A stretch of DNA of 64,000 bases from Gryllotalpicola sp. (lineage in GTDB: Bacteria > Actinomycetota > Actinomycetes > Actinomycetales > Microbacteriaceae), in NCBI GenBank assembly GCA_036398375.1, contig DASWPQ010000060.1:72956-136955 (forward strand), read 5' to 3'. Positions within the stretch are counted from its first letter, which is position 1; each line of letters begins with the position of its first letter. Below, one piece after another: positions 58,902 through 64,000 of the stretch. Position numbers and translations under genes: made by a program. The notes under the pieces are model-generated. The model saw only the letters and a program-made list of their open reading frames with translations, ran no database searches and was not told the origin of the DNA.

Positions 58902-61900
58902 TCACACGCTGAAGTACGTGGACTCGGGGTGGTGGAACACGAAGGCGTCCGTCGACTGCTCCGGGTGCAGCTGCAGCTCCTCGGACAGCTCGACGCCGAT
59001 CCGCTCGGGCCGCAGCAGCTCGACGACCTTGCCGCGGTCCGTCATGTCCGGGCACGCCGGGTAGCCGAGCGAGAAGCGCGCGCCGCGGTACTCGAGCTTG
59101 AACAGCCCCTCAGTCGCCTTCGGGTCCTCGTCCGCGAAGCCGAGCTCACGGCGGATGCGCGCATGCCAGAACTCCGCGAGCGCCTCGGTGAGCTGCATCG
59201 CCAGGCCGTTGAGCTCCAGGTAGTCGCGGTAGCGGTTCGCGGCGAAGATCTTCGCGGTCGCCTCGCTCACCGACTGCCCGGCGGTGACGAGCTGCACGGG
59301 CATCACGTCGACCTGACCCGAGGCGCGCGGGCGCACGAAGTCCGCGAGGCACAGGTGGCGGTCGCGGCGCTGCCGCGGGAAGTGGAAGCGCAGCCGCTCG
59401 GTGCCGAGTGCCCCCGGAACGCCCGGGGCCGAACCGCCGTCCGGGGCCAGCAGCCCTGGCGCGCCGAGCACACCGCCCTCGTCGTCGCCGTGGTGCAGCA
59501 CCACGATGTCGTCGCCCTCGGAGACCACGGGGAAGTAGCCGTAGGCGACGGATGCCTCCATCAGCCCCTCGGCGAGGATGCGGTCGAGCCAGTACCTCAG
59601 CCGCGGCCGGCCCTCGGTCGCCACCAGCCGCTCGTAGCTCTGCCCGCCCTCGCCCCGGCCCGGCTTGAGGCCCCACTGCCCCATGAAGGTCGCGCGCTCG
59701 TCGAGGAACGCCGCGAAGTCAGCGAGCGGGATGCCACGCACGATGCGTGTGCCCCAGAACGGCGGCGCGGGGACGGGGTTGTCGGCCGCCACGTCCGAAC
59801 GCGCCGGCATCGCCTCGGGCTCGGTCAGGGTCAGCTGGGGGCCCTCCCGGTGGATGCGCTTCTTGAGCGGCGGCAGGCCGACCGTCTCCGGGTCGGCGCC
59901 GCGGGCGATCCTGACGAGCGGCTCCATGAGGGCGAGTCCCTCGAAGGCGTCCCGGGCGTAGCGCACTTCGCCGTCGAACAGGGACGCGAGGTCGTCCTCG
60001 ACATAGGCGCGGGTGAGGGCCGCGCCGCCGAGCAGCACCGGCCAGCGGCCGGCCAGCCCGCGCTGGTTCAGCTCCAGCAGGTTCTCCTTCATCACGACCG
60101 TCGACTTCACGAGCAAGCCGCTCATGCCGATGACGTCGGCGTGGTGCCGCTCGGCGGCGTCGATGATGTCGAGGATCGGCTGCTTGATACCGAGGTTGAC
60201 CACCTCGTAGCCGTTGTTGCTCAGGATGATGTCGACCAGGTTCTTGCCGATGTCGTGCACGTCGCCGCGGACGGTGGCGAGCACGATGCGTCCCTTGCCG
60301 GCCGCGGCATCCGTCTTGTCCATATGCGGCTCGAGGAATGCGACCGCCGTCTTCATCACCTCGGCGGACTGCAGCACGAACGGCAGCTGCATCTCTCCGG
60401 CCCCGAAGCGCTCGCCGACGATCTTCATGCCCTCCAGGAGATGCACGTTGATGATGTCGAGCGCGCTGGTGCCCTCGGCCATCGCCTGGTCGAGGTCGTC
60501 CTCCAGGCCCTTCGCCTCGCCGTCGATGATGCGCCGCTCCAGACGCTCGCCGACGGGCAGCGCGGCGAGCTCGGCGGCGCGCTGGTCGCGCAGCGCCTTG
60601 GTGTCGACGCCGGCGAAGATCTCGAGCATGCGCGCGAGGGGGTCGTAGCTGAGCGTGCCGTCGGCCGCGTAGGCGCGCCGGTCCCAGACGAGGTCGAGGG
60701 CGACCTGGCGCTGCTCCTCGGGCAACGAGGCCAGCGGCACGATCTTCGCGGCGTCGATGATCGCCGAGTCGAGTCCTGCGTTCACCGCCTCGTGCAGGAA
60801 CACCGAGTTGAGCACCTGGCGCGCGGCGGGGTTCAGGCCGAAGGAGACGTTGGAGACGCCGAGGGTCGTGTGGATGCCCGGATACTTCTCCGTGAGCCGC
60901 TGGATGGCGGAGAGCGTCTCGATCGCGTCCCGGCGCGTCTCCTCCTGACCCGTCGCGATCGGGAAGGTCAGGCAGTCGACGATGATGTCCTCGACGTCGA
61001 GGCCCCATTCGCCCGTGAGCGCCTCGACGAGGCGGGTCGCGATGGCCAGCTTGCCGTCGGACGTGCGCGCCTGGCCCTGCTCGTCGATCGTCAAGGCGAC
61101 GACGGCGGCGCCGTGCTCCTTCACGAGCGGCATGATCCGCCCGAAGCGCGACTCGGGCCCGTCGCCGTCCTCGAAGTTCACGGAGTTGATGACCGGGCGC
61201 CCGCCGATGAGCTCGAGCCCGGCCTGCAGCACGGCGGGCTCGGTGGAGTCGACGACGAGCGGCAGGGTCGAGGCGCTCGCGAGCCGCGAGACGACCTCGC
61301 GCACATCGGCGACGCCGTCACGGCCGACGTAGTCGATGCACACGTCCAGCAAGTGCGCGCCCGCACGGATCTGCCGACGGGCGATCTCGACGCAGTCGTC
61401 CCAGCGCTCCTCGAGCATCGCCTCGCGGAAGGCCTTCGAGCCGTTGGCGTTGGTGCGCTCGCCGATGGCGAGGTACGAGGCGTCCTGCTCGAAGGGGACG
61501 TGCTGGTAGAGGCTCGCGACACCCGGGTCGTCTTCGACCTCCCGCGTCACGGCCGGGGTGCGGCCCAGTCGCTCGACGACGGCGCTGAGGTGCGCGGGCG
61601 TGGTGCCGCAGCATCCGCCCACCAGCCCCAGCCCGAACTCGCGCACGAACTGCTCGTGCGCCGTCGCGAGCTCGGCCGGCTGCAGCGGATACTCGGCGCC
61701 GTTCGCGCCGAGCACGGGCAGCCCGGCATTGGGCATGCAGATGACAGGCACCTTCGAGTGCTTCGAGAGGTAGCGCAGGTGCTCGCTCATCAGGTCGGGG
61801 CCGGTCGCGCAGTTCAAGCCGATGGCGTCGACGCCGAGCGGCTCGATCGCGGTCAGTGCGGCCCCCACCTCCGAGCCCATCAGCATGGTGCCGGTGGTCT

Positions 61901-62519
61901 CGACCGTGATCTCCACGAAGACGGGCAGCCGGATGCCTGCGGAGGCGTTCGCGGCCTTGCAGCCGTTCACGGCCGCCTTGGTCTGGAGCAGGTCCTGCGA
62001 GGTCTCGATGAGGAAGGCGTCGGCGCCGCCCGCGATGAGCCCCGCGGCCTGCTGCCGGAAGGTGTCGCGCAGGTGCGCGTACGTCGTGTGGCCGAGGCTC
62101 GGCAGCTTGGTGCCGGGGCCCATCGAGCCGAGCACCCAGCGCAGCCGGCCGTCGCGGGACTCCCACGCCTCCGCGCGTTCGCGGGCGATGCGCGCCCCGG
62201 CCGCGGCGAGCTCCTCGATGCGGTCGTCGATGCCGTAGTCGGAGAGGTTCGACCAGTTCGCGCCGAAGGTGTTCGTCTCCACCGCGTCGACGCCGACCTC
62301 GTAGTACGCGTCGTGGATCGCGCCGATGACGTCGGGGCGGGACACGTTGAGGATCTCGTTGCAGCCCTCGAGCTGCCGATAGTCGTCGAGGCTCGGCTCG
62401 TGGGCCTGGATCATGGTGCCCATTGCGCCGTCGGCGACGACGACGCGGGTCCTCATCTCGTCCAGCAGGGCCTGTGCGCGGGGCGGGACGGCGGCGGGGG
62501 CGGGGAGGGGCGACGTCAC
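58902..62519 (-). CDS. metH: Cobalamin-dependent methionine synthase
   Basis: DGAMGT, GLNC, GGCCGT, IGERTN, GDVHDIGKN, HPEQST. Confidence 0.98.
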   Translation of the reverse strand: MTSPLPAPAAVPPRAQALLDEMRTRVVVADGAMGTMIQAHEPSLDDYRQLEGCNEILNVSRPDVIGAIHDAYYEVGVDAVETNTFGANWSNLSDYGIDDRIEELAAAGARIARERAEAWESRDGRLRWVLGSMGPGTKLPSLGHTTYAHLRDTFRQQAAGLIAGGADAFLIETSQDLLQTKAAVNGCKAANASAGIRLPVFVEITVETTGTMLMGSEVGAALTAIEPLGVDAIGLNCATGPDLMSEHLRYLSKHSKVPVICMPNAGLPVLGANGAEYPLQPAELATAHEQFVREFGLGLVGGCCGTTPAHLSAVVERLGRTPAVTREVEDDPGVASLYQHVPFEQDASYLAIGERTNANGSKAFREAMLEERWDDCVEIARRQIRAGAHLLDVCIDYVGRDGVADVREVVSRLASASTLPLVVDSTEPAVLQAGLELIGGRPVINSVNFEDGDGPESRFGRIMPLVKEHGAAVVALTIDEQGQARTSDGKLAIATRLVEALTGEWGLDVEDIIVDCLTFPIATGQEETRRDAIETLSAIQRLTEKYPGIHTTLGVSNVSFGLNPAARQVLNSVFLHEAVNAGLDSAIIDAAKIVPLASLPEEQRQVALDLVWDRRAYAADGTLSYDPLARMLEIFAGVDTKALRDQRAAELAALPVGERLERRIIDGEAKGLEDDLDQAMAEGTSALDIINVHLLEGMKIVGERFGAGEMQLPFVLQSAEVMKTAVAFLEPHMDKTDAAAGKGRIVLATVRGDVHDIGKNLVDIILSNNGYEVVNLGIKQPILDIIDAAERHHADVIGMSGLLVKSTVVMKENLLELNQRGLAGRWPVLLGGAALTRAYVEDDLASLFDGEVRYARDAFEGLALMEPLVRIARGADPETVGLPPLKKRIHREGPQLTLTEPEAMPARSDVAADNPVPAPPFWGTRIVRGIPLADFAAFLDERATFMGQWGLKPGRGEGGQSYERLVATEGRPRLRYWLDRILAEGLMEASVAYGYFPVVSEGDDIVVLHHGDDEGGVLGAPGLLAPDGGSAPGVPGALGTERLRFHFPRQRRDRHLCLADFVRPRASGQVDVMPVQLVTAGQSVSEATAKIFAANRYRDYLELNGLAMQLTEALAEFWHARIRRELGFADEDPKATEGLFKLEYRGARFSLGYPACPDMTDRGKVVELLRPERIGVELSEELQLHPEQSTDAFVFHHPESTYFSV

Positions 62520-64000
62520 CCGAACAGCGTATCCGCGGGGGTGCTCGCCACGTCGTCCGCCGAGGGCGCCGACCCCGACAGCACGGGCTCCGGCAGGTGC
62601 AGCTCGGCGAGCGCCGCGCGGGCCGCGAGCCAGCCGGACTGCCCGTGAACACCGGGCCCGGGGGCGGTCGATGCGCCGCAGAGGTAGACGCCGGGAAGGG
62701 GGGTGCGCCACGGCGTGCCCGACAGGCGCGGGCGGGCCAGCAGCTGCGTGGCCGAGGTGGCGCCTGCTGCGATGTCGCCGCCCACGTAGTTGGGGTTCTC
62801 GCGCTCGAGCCGGGCGGCGGTGCGGGAGGAGACGGCGAGCACCGTGTCGCGGAAGCCGGGGGCGAGGCGCTCGATCTCCGCCGTCACGGCGTCCGCTCGG
62901 TCGACCGTGCTGCCGGCCGGAACGTGCGTGTACGCCCACAGCACGTGCCGCCCGGCCGGCGCGCGGGTGTCGTCGATCACGGAGGGCTGGCTGACGAGCA
63001 CATAAGGGTGCGGGGGATGCCTGCCCGCCGCGACCTCCGCCTCGGCGCGGGCGATGTCCGCCCGGGTGCCGCCGAGGTGCAGCGTGACGGCCTCGCGCAG
63101 CTCCGGTGCTGCCCACGGCACCGCCTCGCTCAGGGCGAAGTCCACCTTCGCGACCCCGGAGCCGTAGCGGAACCGGCCGAGCCGCCGACGAAAGGACCCC
63201 GGCAGCCGCTCCCCCGCGATCCGGGCGAAGGCGCGCGGTGTGACGTCGAGGAGCACGACGTCCGCGTCGGCCACCTCATCGAGGACCGTCACCTCGACGC
63301 CCGTCTCGATGCGCCCGCCGTGCGCCACGAGATCCGCGGCGAGCGCCTGCGCGATCGCCCCGCTGCCGCCGCGTGGGAGAGGCCAGCCGGCGGCGTGCGC
63401 GAGCGCGGCGAGGACAAGGCCGGGGGCGGCCGCCCCCACGGCGGGGAGGCGCCGGTTGGCGTGGGCGAACACGCCCGTGAGCAGCGCCGGCGCGGCATCC
63501 CCCCGGAACGCACCGTCCCAGGAGCCGCCGCCCTGCTCGAGCGCCCGCAGCCCGAGGCGCAGGGCGGCCGCGGGGTGTGCGGGCGGCAGGAAGGTGCCGC
63601 CGACGGCCGCGTCGACGATGTGCCGGATGTCCGCCGCGAGCGGCCACAGCAGGCGCCGCCAGGTGGAGGCATCCGCCCCCAGCCCCTGCGCCGTGCGCTC
63701 GAGATCGCGCCACGCCAGGACGCCGCGCCCCGGCGCGAGGGCGTGCGCGTAGGAGATCTCCGGCGTCAGCAGCTCGATGCGCTCCGCGAGCCCGAAGGCG
63801 CGGAAGAACGCGGACTCCGCGGCCATCGGGTGCACCGCCGAGCAGACGTCATGCCGGAAGCCGGGCAGGGTCAGCTCACGGGTGGCCGTGCCGCCGCCGA
63901 GGTGGTCCGCGCGCTCCAGCACCGTGACCGCGAGCCCCGCGCGGGCGAGCGTGACCGCCCCGGCCAGCCCGTTGGGCCCCGAGCCGACGACGATCGCACG
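62516..64000 (-). CDS. FAD-dependent phytoene-dehydrogenase-like oxidoreductase (5' end beyond window)
   Basis: VVGSGPNGL, HDVCSAVHP, NPNYVGGDI, PGPGVHG. Confidence 0.9.
   Translation of the reverse strand, partial: RAIVVGSGPNGLAGAVTLARAGLAVTVLERADHLGGGTATRELTLPGFRHDVCSAVHPMAAESAFFRAFGLAERIELLTPEISYAHALAPGRGVLAWRDLERTAQGLGADASTWRRLLWPLAADIRHIVDAAVGGTFLPPAHPAAALRLGLRALEQGGGSWDGAFRGDAAPALLTGVFAHANRRLPAVGAAAPGLVLAALAHAAGWPLPRGGSGAIAQALAADLVAHGGRIETGVEVTVLDEVADADVVLLDVTPRAFARIAGERLPGSFRRRLGRFRYGSGVAKVDFALSEAVPWAAPELREAVTLHLGGTRADIARAEAEVAAGRHPPHPYVLVSQPSVIDDTRAPAGRHVLWAYTHVPAGSTVDRADAVTAEIERLAPGFRDTVLAVSSRTAARLERENPNYVGGDIAAGATSATQLLARPRLSGTPWRTPLPGVYLCGASTAPGPGVHGQSGWLAARAALAELHLPEPVLSGSAPSADDVASTPADTLFG

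Noticed and set aside
58872-62648. Very long antisense ORFs (1258 aa here; also 28301-31462, 8064-10916, 45183-47528 and others)
   Set aside because: Shadow frames of real high-GC genes; stop codons are rare and the ORFs carry no family motifs.

Overview
High-GC actinobacterial chromosome segment. Gene order and protein style point to Microbacteriaceae (inference). 1-17.5 kb: minus-strand dcw cluster (mraZ-rsmH-ftsL-ftsI-murF-mraY-murD-ftsW-murG-murC-ftsQ-ftsZ-yggS-sepF-yggT-divIVA-lspA), which lacks both murE and pgeF. 18-34 kb: conserved core (DUF3040, polyprenyl synthase, Rv2175c-like, PknL-like kinase, class II DAHP synthase, acyltransferase, glucokinase, acyl-CoA synthetase, def, pyc, ParA-like ATPase, two MerR regulators, GarA/OdhI). 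34-64 kb: more accessory region with oxidoreductases, TetR/MarR/ArsR modules with visible operators, a 1.6 kb AT-richer islet bounded by a 32-bp duplication of the azoR 3' end, a DUF318-2xYHS permease, and a probable B12 ECF importer facing metH. Best leads: an unassigned multi-hairpin RNA with its own promoter (52570-52753); a 117-bp palindromic element in frame inside the ECF ATPase gene; the azoR islet; the riboswitch-less ECF/lipoprotein module; the loss of murE and pgeF; a shared FtsR-like operator upstream of ftsZ and a MerR gene; and strong enrichment of GGATGCC/GGCATCC. No rRNA, tRNA, CRISPR, integrase or transposase was seen. All calls are by eye, with no database searches.
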